Assembly (NCBI GenBank): GCA_044869275.1
Contig: JBIOXB010000077.1
Coordinates: forward strand, 1 to 33,181
Direction of reading: 5' to 3'
DNA from: a bacterium
GTDB taxonomy: Bacteria > Zhuqueibacterota > Zhuqueibacteria > Zhuqueibacterales > Zhuqueibacteraceae
DNA length: 33,181 bases
The notes below the pieces were generated by a model. It saw nothing but the letters and a program-made list of their open reading frames with translations. It made no database searches and was not told where the DNA came from. Position numbers and translations under genes: made by a program. Positions 1-10,198 of this stretch are shown here, one piece after another. The stretch's first letter is position 1. Each line of letters begins with the position of its first letter.

Positions 1-71
1 GCTTCAATTTCGGATACGACCTTTTGCTTGAAAGCAAGGCTGTAGCGTTTTTGAGGCCCGGGCTCTGACAT
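1..71 (-). CDS. IS3-family transposase OrfA, N-terminus (truncated by window edge; not in ORF track)
   Basis: ATG at 71 translates MSEPGPQKRYSLAFKQKVVSEIE..., matching the RYSxxFKxxVV start of HTH_Tnp_1-type OrfA. AGGAG lies 8 nt upstream. Confidence 0.75.
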   Translation of the reverse strand, partial: MSEPGPQKRYSLAFKQKVVSEIE

Positions 72-126
72 AGACTAATCTCCTGAAATAGGTTCAAAAC
101 CTGTCAACCTATTTCAGGACGTGACA
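1..126 (-). mobile_element. Left end of an IS3-family insertion sequence (continues beyond window start)
   Basis: Minus strand begins TGTCACGTCCTGAAATAGGTTGACA at 126: TG terminus with an internal TTGACA. AGGAG and a transposase-like ORF follow. Confidence 0.75.
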
Positions 127-131
127 AGTAA

Positions 132-236
132 ACCGATAACTGATAACTGATCACTGAATACTGAATACTGGTTACTGGATGCTTGTTACTCGTTGCTGGT
201 TACCAGACTATCCACGATCCACTATCTTCGATCTTC
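132..236. repeat. Degenerate heptamer tandem repeats
   Basis: accgata actgata actgatc actgaat actgaat actggtt actggat gcttgtt actcgtt gctggtt, then tatccac gatccac tatcttc gatcttc. Confidence 0.8.
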
Positions 237-250
237 CACAGGAGTCCCGC

Positions 251-2644
251 ATGCTCAAAAACCTCCTCCTCACCGCTTGGCGAAATTTGAAAAAACGCAA
301 AGGCTATGCCTTTATCAATATTGCAGGGTTGGCGATCGGCATGGCTTGTTGCCTGCTGATTCTCTTTTATGTGAGAGAAGAGCTGAGCTATGACCGCCAG
401 CACGTCGATTACGAGCGCATTTATCGTGTCGCTCTAGACATTCGCTCGGGCGCTTCCAATCGTGTATTTGCCAACGCCTCGGCCACGCTCGCGCCGGCCC
501 TGAAGAAAGATTTTCCGCAGATCGAATCGGCTTTTCGCCTGCTCAAAACTGAAAATCGTCTCGTCTCCGATGGCGGCGAAAAAAAGTTCTACGAAAAGAA
601 TTTCTTCTATGCCGATCCCGAAGTGCTGCAAGTTTTGTATTTGCCTCTCCTCGCCGGCAATCCCCGGGAAGCGCTCACGCGCCCACGCACGGTGATCATC
701 TCGCAGACCCTCGGACGCAAATATTTCGGCGAGGCCAGCCCTCTCGGAAAGACCCTGATCATTGCCGACAAAAATTACGAAGTGACCGGCGTATTCACGG
801 ACGCCGGTTACAACTCACACGTTAAATTCGATCTCATCGCCTCTTTCTCCACGCTTGCCGGATGGTCACTTTTGGAAAACTGGTTTTTAACGGTCTTTCA
901 CACTTATATCAAATTGAAACCCAATGTCGATTTGGAAGATTTCAAACACGCGATCGAGCACGCCGCCGCGCCCTACGTCGATGATAAACTGAAAGAACAA
1001 GGCGCCAGCTTTCATTATTTTTTGCAGCCACTCGCCTCCATTCATCTGCATTCACAGCTGAATAGCGAGCTCGAGGCGCCCGGTAATATCGCGACGGTTT
1101 ATATTTTCTCCGTCGTAGCCGCTTTGATTCTGCTGATCGCATCGCTTAACTTCATCAATCTCTCCACGGCGCAAGCGGCGCAACGCGGCAAAGAAGTCGG
1201 CGTTCGCAAAGTGATAGGTTCCAGCCGCCAAGCATTGATGATACAGTTTCTGGGCGAGTCCTTGCTTCTGGCGGTGCTCGCCTCGGCGGTTGCCGTTCTT
1301 CTGATTGATTTTGCCCTGCCCTGGTTCAATGCCATAACCGGCTATCACATTCAAACCCGCGAACTTCTGCGGGGCGAATTGCTGGGCGGCATGCTTCTTT
1401 TGATTTTGCTCGCCGGCGTTGGCGCATCATTCTTCCCCGCTTGGATGCTGTCTTCGTTCAATCCCGTGAACGTGCTCAAAGGGCAATTTCGTTCGGGCAG
1501 CCGCGCGATCGCGCTGCGCAAAGTGCTGGTCTCCGGCCAATTTGCCATTTCATTATTCTTGATCGCCGGCACCCTGACGGGATTTCGCCAGATTCAATTC
1601 ATGAAGAATCAGAACCTGGGTTTTGAAAAAGAGCAGAAGTTGGTGCTGCCGGTTCGGGGCGTGACTTCTTTTGGTGAAAAATACGAGGGCATCAAGCACG
1701 AGTTTTTGCAACATCCCGCGATCGTGGCCGCAGCCGCAAGCAGCAACGTGCCGGGGCGCGGGGTCAGCAATTTCGCCATCGAGCTGATGAACGAAGCAGA
1801 CAAAAAGAATCAGTCGATGTATTACGTTTTTGTCGATCACGACTTCGTCAACATGTTCGGCATTGAGATCACCGCCGGGCGGGCTTTTCAACGCGACGTC
1901 ACCACCGATGCCGCCAATGCCTTTCTGCTCAATGAAGCCGCACTGAAAGCATTCGGCTGGACCGCACCCGAAGAAGCATTGGGCAAACGCATTCTAACCG
2001 GTTTCGAAGGCCGGCAGGGCGAGATCGTCGGTGTGTACAAGAATTTCAACTTCCGTTCTTTGCAATATCAAGTCGAGCCCTTGGTGCTGGCAATCCATCC
2101 TCCGTGGTTTTCCTATCTCACGCTCCAGGTCAACGCCGCGGAGGTTCCCTCGGCACTCGCGTTCGTGCGCGAACAATGGAGCCGGTTTTTTCCGCAAAAT
2201 CCTTTCGAATATTTTTTCCTGGATGGCGATTTCGACCGGCAATACCGTACGGAGGAAAGAGTGGCGAGAATCATTCTGATTTTCACCTGTCTCGCCATCG
2301 GCGTGGCTTGCCTCGGCTTGTTCGGCTTGGTTGCTTTTGTAACGACGCAACGCACAAAAGAAATCGGCATTCGCAAAACTTTGGGGGCGACCGTCAGCTC
2401 CATCGTGCTGCTGCTGACGCGAGACTTTCTGCTGCTGGTCGCTCTCGCCGCCCTGGTTTCCATGCCGATCAGCTATTTCGTGCTTTCGCGCTGGCTGGAA
2501 GATTTTGCCTATCGCATCGTATTGGGACCCGGCGTCTTTTCGATCGCGGCAATATTGGCGGCCACGATCGCGCTGCTGACGGTGAGTTTTCACGCAATTA
2601 GAGCCGCGCGCGCAAATCCGGTGGAAGCGTTGCGGTACGAATAA
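251..2644 (+). CDS. ABC transporter permease, double MacB_PCD/FtsX type
   Basis: MLKN..AWRNL..INIAGLAIG start, KEVGVRKVIG and RTKEIGIRKTLGA motifs, NPVEALRYE end. Start moved from 179 to ATG 251, which follows a CAGGAG RBS. Confidence 0.92.
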   Translation: MLKNLLLTAWRNLKKRKGYAFINIAGLAIGMACCLLILFYVREELSYDRQHVDYERIYRVALDIRSGASNRVFANASATLAPALKKDFPQIESAFRLLKTENRLVSDGGEKKFYEKNFFYADPEVLQVLYLPLLAGNPREALTRPRTVIISQTLGRKYFGEASPLGKTLIIADKNYEVTGVFTDAGYNSHVKFDLIASFSTLAGWSLLENWFLTVFHTYIKLKPNVDLEDFKHAIEHAAAPYVDDKLKEQGASFHYFLQPLASIHLHSQLNSELEAPGNIATVYIFSVVAALILLIASLNFINLSTAQAAQRGKEVGVRKVIGSSRQALMIQFLGESLLLAVLASAVAVLLIDFALPWFNAITGYHIQTRELLRGELLGGMLLLILLAGVGASFFPAWMLSSFNPVNVLKGQFRSGSRAIALRKVLVSGQFAISLFLIAGTLTGFRQIQFMKNQNLGFEKEQKLVLPVRGVTSFGEKYEGIKHEFLQHPAIVAAAASSNVPGRGVSNFAIELMNEADKKNQSMYYVFVDHDFVNMFGIEITAGRAFQRDVTTDAANAFLLNEAALKAFGWTAPEEALGKRILTGFEGRQGEIVGVYKNFNFRSLQYQVEPLVLAIHPPWFSYLTLQVNAAEVPSALAFVREQWSRFFPQNPFEYFFLDGDFDRQYRTEERVARIILIFTCLAIGVACLGLFGLVAFVTTQRTKEIGIRKTLGATVSSIVLLLTRDFLLLVALAALVSMPISYFVLSRWLEDFAYRIVLGPGVFSIAAILAATIALLTVSFHAIRAARANPVEALRYE

Positions 2645-2660
2645 TCCCGCCACGGCGGGA
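2645..2660. repeat. Short palindrome tcccgcc-ac-ggcggga (REP-like)
   Basis: Directly after the stop codon; nearly the same core (tcccgcaacggcggga) occurs in the element at 10079-10155. Confidence 0.5.
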
Positions 2661-2723
2661 GCAGAGGGCAAAGTGCATGGCGTTTTTGCGCCATGCGCCA
2701 TGCGTCACGTTAAGGAGACCACT

Positions 2724-5165
2724 TTGTTCAAAAATTACCTCAAAATCGCTTTCAGAAATCTGCAAAAGCACAAAACCTATGCGTTGATCAATGTGCTCGG
2801 CCTGGCGGTGGGCATGACCGGCTGTTTATTGATTCTGCTTTACGTGCAGGAGGAATTGGGTTATGATCGCTTTCATCGACGCGCGGAACGCATTTACAGG
2901 CTGGCGCTTGCCGGCCGTGCAACTGGTGAAAACCGCATGCTCAGTATCGCACGTTCGCCCTCCCCTTGGGCACCGGTGCTGGCGAAAGAATTTCCCGGTG
3001 TGGAAAACTTCGTGCGCTTCAAAACGCCGTTGAGCCGGTGGCTGATCAGCAACCCCGCCAGCCAAAAGCGTTTTTTTGAAAAGGGCTTTTATTTCGCTGA
3101 CGCCAGCGTGTTTGAAGTATTCGATTTCGCCCTGCTGCGCGGCAATCCCCAAGAAGCATTACGCCAGGCCAACTCCGTCGTGCTCACCCCTTCCGCCGCT
3201 AAAAAGTATTTCGGTGAAGACGATCCCATGGGCAAACTCTTGCTCGCCGACAACAATTACGAATTCACCGTTACCGGAGTGTTGCAGGAGGTGCCGCACA
3301 ACTCGCATCTGCAATTCGATTTCCTGGCTTCGTTTGCCACGCTCACCGTGCCGGCAAACGCGAAGGGAGAGTTTATTTACGGCGGCAACGTCTCGGAATT
3401 CCAAAACTTCGCGCTGAATCCGCATATTTATACTTATTTGTTGCTGCGCCAGGATTATCCGCCGTCGGCGCTCGAGCGCGAGCTGCCGGCCTTTCTGCAA
3501 AAGTACGCCGGCACCGCCCTGCAAGGTGCTGGCCTGGAGCTTCAACCCTTTTTGCAGCCGCTGACCGCGATTCATTTGCATTCGCATCTCGACGCCGAAG
3601 TCTCGCCCAACAGCGACATTGAATACGTCTACATTTTTATTGTGATTTCGCTTTTTATCCTGTTGATCGCGTGCATTAATTTCATGAATCTTGCCACAGC
3701 CCGGTCGGCCAATCGTGCCAAAGAAGTGGGCTTGCGCAAAGTGGTGGGCTCGAGCCGGTCCCAGCTCGTGCAGCAATTCTTAGGAGAATCGCTTTTACTT
3801 GCACTCGGTGCCGCTACGTTGGCCGTGGCGCTCGGGCAAATGCTGCTGCCCTGGTGCAACGAACTCTCTGGGAAACACCTGGCTTTCCATTTCACCGGCG
3901 GCAGGTTTCTCCTGGCCTGGCTCGGCGTCATTCTTTTTGCGGGCGTTCTGGCGGGAAGCTATCCTGCGCTGTTTCTTTCCGGCTTTCGCCCGGCCGCCGT
4001 TTTGAAAGGCAAATTCAAAGCGGGCGCGGCCAGCGCCACCTTGCGCCGGATTTTGGTGATTGCGCAGTTCGCGCTTTCCATCGTTTTCATTGTCGGTACG
4101 ATGGTCGTCTATCGGCAATTGCAGTACGTACAAAATCAAAAACTGGGATTTGACAAGGAGCACGTGCTCACCATTCCCTTGGTCGATCCGCCCTCACGTC
4201 TCATCTATCAAACTTACAAAAATGCGATTGCGCAACATCCGAATGTCGTATCGGTCGCAGCTGCCAATACTGTTCCAGGAGGGTTAATCGATGTCTTCAT
4301 GCTGCACGCGGAAGGCATGCCGCTCGCAGAGAAGACCGCGGTGGAGGGTATGTTCATCGAGCATGATTTTATCAAGACCCTGGGGCTCGAGCTGGCCGCG
4401 GGCCGTGATTTCGCGCGTGACTTCGCCACCGACACCACGGAGGCATTCATCATCAACGAAACCGCGGCGCAACGTTTCGGCTGGAACGGCGCGGCGCTCG
4501 GCAAGCAGCTCAAAGCCAACGATTTTTTCAAGGGCCGCGTCATCGGCGTGGTGAAGGATTTTCACGTCAAATCGCTGCATCAAAAAATCGAGCCGCTGGC
4601 GCTGCATCTCGCGTTCTCACCGGATATGTTCGTCCATTTAATCGTGCGGCTGCGTCCGGGGTATTTGCCGCAAACGCTGGCTGATCTCGAAGCCAAATGG
4701 CAGGAGGTCTATCCCCACCATCCCTATGAATACTCTTTTCTCGACCAGGATTTCGACAGTCTGTATCGCGCCGAGCAATTGCGCGGGAAGATATTTGGCG
4801 CGTTTGCCGCGCTGGCGATTTTCATCGCTTGCCTGGGATTGTTCGGCCTGGCGGCCTTCACCGCGGAGCAGCGTACCAAAGAAATCGGCATTCGCAAAGT
4901 GCTGGGCGCGACGGAATCGCATCTGGTCGTCTTGCTCTCGCAGGAATTCGTCCGGCTGGTACTGATTGCCAACCTCTTGGCCTGGCCGTTGGCCTATGGG
5001 TTGATGCACAAATGGCTGGAAGATTTTGCCTATCGCACGCGTCTCGATGCCGGCATCTTTTTATGGTGCGGCCTGGCGACGCTCGTGATCAGTTTGTTGA
5101 CGGTGAGTTTTCAGGCACTCAGAGCGGCGTTGGCGAATCCGGTGGAGGCGCTGAGATACGAGTGA
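2724..5165 (+). CDS. ABC transporter permease, double MacB_PCD/FtsX type (paralog of upstream gene)
   Basis: Same motifs (FKNYLKIAFRNL, RAKEVGLRKVVG, RTKEIGIRKVLGA, NPVEALRYE). TTG start at 2724 follows AAGGAG (2712-2717). Confidence 0.92.
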   Translation: MFKNYLKIAFRNLQKHKTYALINVLGLAVGMTGCLLILLYVQEELGYDRFHRRAERIYRLALAGRATGENRMLSIARSPSPWAPVLAKEFPGVENFVRFKTPLSRWLISNPASQKRFFEKGFYFADASVFEVFDFALLRGNPQEALRQANSVVLTPSAAKKYFGEDDPMGKLLLADNNYEFTVTGVLQEVPHNSHLQFDFLASFATLTVPANAKGEFIYGGNVSEFQNFALNPHIYTYLLLRQDYPPSALERELPAFLQKYAGTALQGAGLELQPFLQPLTAIHLHSHLDAEVSPNSDIEYVYIFIVISLFILLIACINFMNLATARSANRAKEVGLRKVVGSSRSQLVQQFLGESLLLALGAATLAVALGQMLLPWCNELSGKHLAFHFTGGRFLLAWLGVILFAGVLAGSYPALFLSGFRPAAVLKGKFKAGAASATLRRILVIAQFALSIVFIVGTMVVYRQLQYVQNQKLGFDKEHVLTIPLVDPPSRLIYQTYKNAIAQHPNVVSVAAANTVPGGLIDVFMLHAEGMPLAEKTAVEGMFIEHDFIKTLGLELAAGRDFARDFATDTTEAFIINETAAQRFGWNGAALGKQLKANDFFKGRVIGVVKDFHVKSLHQKIEPLALHLAFSPDMFVHLIVRLRPGYLPQTLADLEAKWQEVYPHHPYEYSFLDQDFDSLYRAEQLRGKIFGAFAALAIFIACLGLFGLAAFTAEQRTKEIGIRKVLGATESHLVVLLSQEFVRLVLIANLLAWPLAYGLMHKWLEDFAYRTRLDAGIFLWCGLATLVISLLTVSFQALRAALANPVEALRYE

Positions 5166-5199
5166 GATGCTGATTCGCCGGCTTCAGCCTGGAGAGGCA

Positions 5200-6000
5200 T
5201 TATTTCCGGACCGCGGCCAGGCGCTTCAGCATGACCGTGCCCATGGAAAAAAAACTGATGGCACGCTGGCGCAGGTGTTCGCGGCGCGAATCTACCGGTG
5301 CTTCCACGCGGCGGCGAAAGCTGCGCAAGCTGTCATGCAAGTAGATCCCCCGGCGATGAAAAACACAAAGGCCGTGCGCGGAGGCAATGGCGTTTGGCGC
5401 AGGCGCGACTAGTTCCTGGCCCAGAGCGGCAACGCTGCGATAACCCACCTCCCGCGCGCCTTCCAACACCTGCTGATTTCCTCTGCCGAACGGCAGAGAA
5501 AGATGTGCAATCGGAATCTGCAATTGCTCTTCCAGCCGCACTTTTGAATCCCGCAAATCCTCGCGCAAGGCCTGCGCGCTCAGGCCCGGCAGATATGCGT
5601 GCCGCATCGAATGGCTGCCGATTTCCCAGCCCGCCGCCACCAGCTCGCGCAGCTCATGCCAATGCAAATGCTCGTGCCGCCGCCAAAACAAATTGTAGTC
5701 CCAGCGATTTTGTTTGCCAACGTAATCCACCACGGGAAAAACCGTCGCGGTAAAACCATAGCGCTGCAATGCCGGCAAGGCGTATTTCATGAGCGCGCGA
5801 TAGCCGTCATCGAAAGTGATGACGATCTCGCGTGCCCCCAACTGGCTCTGGCAATGAAGGCATTCCGAAAGTGAGCGGGTGCGGTAGCCGTTTTCCGCGA
5901 GCCACTGCATTTGCCGCTCGAAGTGCCGCGGGGGAACCCACGTGGCGCCGAAATCAAAACGGGAATCGACGAGATGGTAAGCGAGAATGACGGGAGGCAT
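5200..6000 (-). CDS. Polysaccharide deacetylase (NodB/CE4 family)
   Basis: ILAYH, ITFDDG, IGSHSMRH, SLPFG motifs. Confidence 0.9.
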   Translation of the reverse strand: MPPVILAYHLVDSRFDFGATWVPPRHFERQMQWLAENGYRTRSLSECLHCQSQLGAREIVITFDDGYRALMKYALPALQRYGFTATVFPVVDYVGKQNRWDYNLFWRRHEHLHWHELRELVAAGWEIGSHSMRHAYLPGLSAQALREDLRDSKVRLEEQLQIPIAHLSLPFGRGNQQVLEGAREVGYRSVAALGQELVAPAPNAIASAHGLCVFHRRGIYLHDSLRSFRRRVEAPVDSRREHLRQRAISFFSMGTVMLKRLAAVRK

Positions 6001-6065
6001 CTGATGGTAAAACGTAATATCGTAACACGTATTTAGGTGAGGCGCAAACAGGAGCTACACCGTTT

Positions 6066-7445
6066 TCAAAACGGCCCCAGGGCGAGGGCGTGGGCGATCA
6101 GCAATGCCACCAATCCCGCTGCCAGCCACAGACCCAGTAAAGGCAAAAGCCAGCGCGCCCAGATGTGCCAGGGAATACCGATCAGCGCCAGGCCGGCCAT
6201 GAAATAACCCTGCGTCGGCGTGAAAACATTGGTGAAACCGTCGCCAAATTGATACGCCAGTACCATGGTTTGCCGCGTGATGCCCAGCAAATCTGACAGC
6301 GGTGCCATGATCGGAATCGAAAGCGCGGCTTGCCCACTGCCGGAGGCAATGAGGAAATTCAACAACACTTGAATTACATAAATGCCCAACACGCTGAAAC
6401 TCGAAGGCAATTCCTGTACCAGCCCAGCCAGCGAGAACATGATGGTGTCGACCACCTGCGCCTTGGTCAATACCACTAATATCGCACGCGCCAATCCCAC
6501 CACCAGTGCGCCACCGGCGAGCGCAGCGGCGCCGGCGATGAATTTTTCTGCGGTTTCATTCAAAGACAATCCGCCCATCGGGCCGGCGATAACTGCGAGT
6601 GCGAAGAAAAGCCCGGAAAGCTCGAGAATGCCCCACTCCCATTGCATCGTGCCTATGATGAGAATGACAAAAGCAAGCATGAACAAGAGCACCGCCAACG
6701 CTTGCCGTCGTGACCATGATGAAGAAAGAGCTTCAGGCGTCAGCGCCGGCCGCTGTTGATCGAGCTCAAAAGACGGGCTGGTTTGCGGCGCACGCTTGAC
6801 GCGCTCGGCATAGCGCGTGATAAAGATGACGGTGATCGAACTCATCACCAGCCAAACCATGCCGCGAAACGCTTTGCCGGAAAAGAGTGGCAGTCCGGCC
6901 ATGGCTTGCGCCACGCCCACGGTGAACGGATTCAAGAATGCCGCGGAAAATCCGGCATTCGCGCCCGCAAGTGCGATCGCGCCACCGACGATCGAGTCGT
7001 AGCCCAAAGAACGGCTGAGCAAAACCAGCGCGGGCAAAAAAGGCAGGGTCTCTTCTGCCATGCCGAAGGTGCCGCCGCCGAGCGCGAAGAGAAAGGTCAA
7101 GCCCGGCACGATGGCTTTTTCAAATCTACCCGCATGCCGCATGATTTGGTGAATGCCCGCTTCGATCGCGCCCGTGCCCGCGATCACACCAAATGCGCCG
7201 CCGACGATGAAGATATAAAAAACGATAGGCGCGACTTCCAGCAAGCCGGAGGGAAAAGCCATGAACACCTCGTCAATGCCGGCGGGGTTGGAATCGACGC
7301 GGTGGTAAGAATCGGGAACGACCACCTGCCGGCCGGCTCTTTCGATACGATCATAGACCCCGGCGGGAATGAAATGGGTGGCAGCCGCTGCCAACACCAG
7401 CAAACTGAACAGCAAAACGTAGGTGTGGGGAACGCGCAGCTTCAT
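6066..7445 (-). CDS. yfcC: YfcC-family (DcuC/ion transporter superfamily) membrane transporter
   Basis: PHTYVLLF start, GMAEE, NPFTVGVAQ, SGSGQAA, AYQFGDGFTN motifs; multiple hydrophobic helices. Confidence 0.85.
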   Translation of the reverse strand: MKLRVPHTYVLLFSLLVLAAAATHFIPAGVYDRIERAGRQVVVPDSYHRVDSNPAGIDEVFMAFPSGLLEVAPIVFYIFIVGGAFGVIAGTGAIEAGIHQIMRHAGRFEKAIVPGLTFLFALGGGTFGMAEETLPFLPALVLLSRSLGYDSIVGGAIALAGANAGFSAAFLNPFTVGVAQAMAGLPLFSGKAFRGMVWLVMSSITVIFITRYAERVKRAPQTSPSFELDQQRPALTPEALSSSWSRRQALAVLLFMLAFVILIIGTMQWEWGILELSGLFFALAVIAGPMGGLSLNETAEKFIAGAAALAGGALVVGLARAILVVLTKAQVVDTIMFSLAGLVQELPSSFSVLGIYVIQVLLNFLIASGSGQAALSIPIMAPLSDLLGITRQTMVLAYQFGDGFTNVFTPTQGYFMAGLALIGIPWHIWARWLLPLLGLWLAAGLVALLIAHALALGPF

Positions 7446-7547
7446 AAAAAGTGTGGGCCGGAATTCAACGCCGCCTTTGTCGATTTGATTCAGACCAAAG
7501 CGGCGATCTTGACCACGTCACCGTGCACCAAGTTGGGCGAGCAGATG

Positions 7548-8666
7548 TCAGGAATTTAGCCACTGCTCCAACGGCGCAAAAGGCAAATCGAAAGTCTCCG
7601 CCACGCCCTTGTAAGCCACTTTACCATGCACGATATTGACCCCCTTGGCCAGCGCCGGGGAGGCTTTCACGCACGCCGGATAACCCAGGTCGGCAATCCG
7701 GAGCGCATAAGGCAGGGTAGCATTCGTGAGCGCAAAAGTCGAAGTCATGGGAACCGCGCCCGGCATGTTGGCCACGCCGTAATGCACCACGCCGTCGACT
7801 TCGTAGGTGGGATTTTCATGCGTGGTCGCGCGTATGGTTTCCACGCAGCCGCCTTGATCGACCGCGACATCGACGATCACCGAGCCGCGTTTCATGAGCT
7901 TGAGCATGTCCCGCGTGACCAGGCGTGGGGCTTTCGCTCCCGGAATCAACACCGCGCCGACCACGAGATCGGCCTGGGAGATCGCCTTGCGAATATTGGC
8001 GGGATTCGACATCACCGTCGTCACGTTTTTCGGCATCACATCATCCAGGTAGCGCAGCCGATCCAAATTCACGTCGAGAATGGTCACGCGCGCACCGAGT
8101 CCCGCTGCAATTTTCGCGGCGTTCGTGCCCACGATGCCGCCGCCGATGATCACCACGTTCGCAGGCTCGACGCCCGGCACACCGCCCAGCAAGATGCCGG
8201 TGCCGCCGTACAACTTTTCCAGGCAGCGCGCCCCCTCCTGAATGGAGAGACGGCCGGCCACCTCACTCATCGGGGTCAGCAGCGGCAGCGAACGATCGGG
8301 CAATTCCACCGTTTCATAAGCGATCGCAATACATTTGGATTTGATCACGGCTTCGGTGAGCTCGCGCGAGGCGGCAAAGTGGAAATAGGTGAAGATGATT
8401 TGTCCTTCGCGTAACTGCGGATACTCCACCGGCAACGGCTCTTTGACTTTGATGATCATTTCCGAGGTGCCGTAGATTTCCGCCGGATGCGCGGCGATTT
8501 TCGCACCCGCACGTTTGTAATCCTCGTCCTTAAAACCGCTGCCAAGACCAGCGTCTTTCTCGACCACTACTTCATGGCCGTTAGCGCGCAATTGTTCGAC
8601 ACCGACCGGAATCAAGGCAACGCGATTTTCGTTGGCTTTGATTTCTTTCGGAACACCGACTCGCAT
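7548..8666 (-). CDS. ald: Alanine dehydrogenase
   Basis: [30 protein letters not shown] Rossmann motif, [17 protein letters not shown]. Confidence 0.96.
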   Translation of the reverse strand: MRVGVPKEIKANENRVALIPVGVEQLRANGHEVVVEKDAGLGSGFKDEDYKRAGAKIAAHPAEIYGTSEMIIKVKEPLPVEYPQLREGQIIFTYFHFAASRELTEAVIKSKCIAIAYETVELPDRSLPLLTPMSEVAGRLSIQEGARCLEKLYGGTGILLGGVPGVEPANVVIIGGGIVGTNAAKIAAGLGARVTILDVNLDRLRYLDDVMPKNVTTVMSNPANIRKAISQADLVVGAVLIPGAKAPRLVTRDMLKLMKRGSVIVDVAVDQGGCVETIRATTHENPTYEVDGVVHYGVANMPGAVPMTSTFALTNATLPYALRIADLGYPACVKASPALAKGVNIVHGKVAYKGVAETFDLPFAPLEQWLNS

Positions 8667-8778
8667 ACCAACCTCCCGTCTCTGGGTTCACTGCCAATGC
8701 GCTGGTCTCGTTTCAAGAAGCCGGCCTTGCCTTACATCCTTTCCTGATCAAAAAGATATTAGACTGAAAAGCGGAATG

Positions 8779-10044
8779 CTAAGCCACTTCAACTTCGGCG
8801 GCTTCTTCTTTTGAAGGCCGGATCACGGTCAACGTGAGCTGGTCCACCTCGAACAAATCGGAGGCGAGCTGTTGAATGCCTTCGGAGGTGACCTGCGCGA
8901 TGCCGTCCAGCACTTCGTCGAGCGAATAGTAGCGCCCCAGATAGATCTCCATATTGGCGAGGCGATTCATGCGGCTGCTGCTGCTTTCCAGACCCAGCAT
9001 CAGACTGCCTTTGAGCTGGTTTTTCGTGCGCTTCAATTCAGCCGCAGGGATGCGTTCATCGCGCAGGCGGCGGATTTCTTCTTTAAGCAGCCTCACCGCC
9101 TGCTCTTCGCGTTCGGGGTCGGTGCCAAGATACGTGCCGAAAATGCCGGTGTCATACATGAAATCATGGAAGGAATAGATCGAATAGGCCAGACCATGGC
9201 GCTCGCGGATGTTTTGGAACAAGCGCGAACTCATGCCGCCGCCGAAGAGCGTGTTCATGGCGAGGAAATGAAACTTGCGCTGGTCGTCGAAACGCAAGGC
9301 GCGGGTGCCCAGGCAAACGTGTGTTTGTGAACCGACGTCTTCCTTGATGCTGCGCAGATTGCGTTCGGTCGAGGGCGCGATCAAAACATGGTCGCTCTTT
9401 TGCGGCAAAGCCGCGAAGCGATCATGCAGCAAAGCCAGCAATTCTTCGTGATCGACATTGCCCGCCGCCGCCACCACGAGGCGATTCTGCGTGTAATGCC
9501 GGCGAACATAATCAAAAAGCTGCTCGCGCGTAAAGCTCGAAACCGTTTCGCGTGTGCCCAGCGTCGAGGTGCCCAGCGTGTGCGAGGGAAAGAGGTCGTG
9601 ATAAAACAGTTCGTGAATCAAATCTTCCGGCGTGTCATCGACGGCGTTGATTTCTTCGATCACCACCGACTTTTCCTTGGCGAGCTCGCTGGCATCGAAC
9701 AAAGAGCCGGTGAGCAGGTCGGTCACCACCTCGATGGCAATGGGGAGATGCTCGTCGAGATGGTGGGCGTAATAGCAGGTGGCTTCTTTTCCGGTGAAAG
9801 CATTGAGGTGGCCACCCACCGCTTCCAGGCTTTCGGCAATTTCCGCAGCCGTGCGGCGGGCCGTGCCTTTGAACATCATATGCTCGATAAAATGCGAGAT
9901 GCCGTTTTCCTCCGGCGATTCGTCGCGCGTACCCGCTTCCACCCAAATACTCAAGGCAACGGAACGGACGTGCGGGATCCGCTCCGATACCACACGCACG
10001 CCTCCGGGTAAAACCGTTTTCTGAAATTGCGAATAGTCGTTCAC
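8779..10044 (-). CDS. M16 family zinc peptidase (pitrilysin-like)
   Basis: Inverted zincin motif HFIEH, GGGMSSRLFQ..RE..GLAYS; position downstream of pnp is typical. Confidence 0.93.
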   Translation of the reverse strand: MNDYSQFQKTVLPGGVRVVSERIPHVRSVALSIWVEAGTRDESPEENGISHFIEHMMFKGTARRTAAEIAESLEAVGGHLNAFTGKEATCYYAHHLDEHLPIAIEVVTDLLTGSLFDASELAKEKSVVIEEINAVDDTPEDLIHELFYHDLFPSHTLGTSTLGTRETVSSFTREQLFDYVRRHYTQNRLVVAAAGNVDHEELLALLHDRFAALPQKSDHVLIAPSTERNLRSIKEDVGSQTHVCLGTRALRFDDQRKFHFLAMNTLFGGGMSSRLFQNIRERHGLAYSIYSFHDFMYDTGIFGTYLGTDPEREEQAVRLLKEEIRRLRDERIPAAELKRTKNQLKGSLMLGLESSSSRMNRLANMEIYLGRYYSLDEVLDGIAQVTSEGIQQLASDLFEVDQLTLTVIRPSKEEAAEVEVA

Positions 10045-10078
10045 AGATTCCCGTGCAAGAGGTTTATCTTATTTTCAT

Positions 10079-10155
10079 GTCATTCCCGTCCCGCAACGGC
10101 GGGAAAAATCCAAGAGCAGCATGGATTCCTGCCGCCGTCGCGGGACAGGCATGAC
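10079..10155. repeat. REP-like imperfect palindrome
   Basis: gtcattcccgtcccgcaacggcggga..atcca / tggattcctgccgccgtcgcgggacaggcatgac, with GTCAT...ATGAC termini. Confidence 0.7.
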
Positions 10156-10198
10156 CTTCAGAAGGCATGCTTCGTTGATTTAAACCCTTGTCGCTTCC

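Noticed and set aside
132..236. Possible CRISPR array or N-terminal extension of the permease (ORF start 179)
   Set aside because: Units are 7 bp with no spacers and no cas genes are present; the extension is translated repeat, and the RBS supports ATG 251.
251..5165. Tandem permeases with no adjacent ATPase as a novel system
   Set aside because: Arrays of paralogous double-FtsX permeases sharing a remote ATPase are common in several diderm phyla.
7446..7547. Hairpin (cgccgctttg/caaaggcggcg) between ald and the YfcC-type gene as a riboswitch
   Set aside because: No recognisable aptamer consensus.
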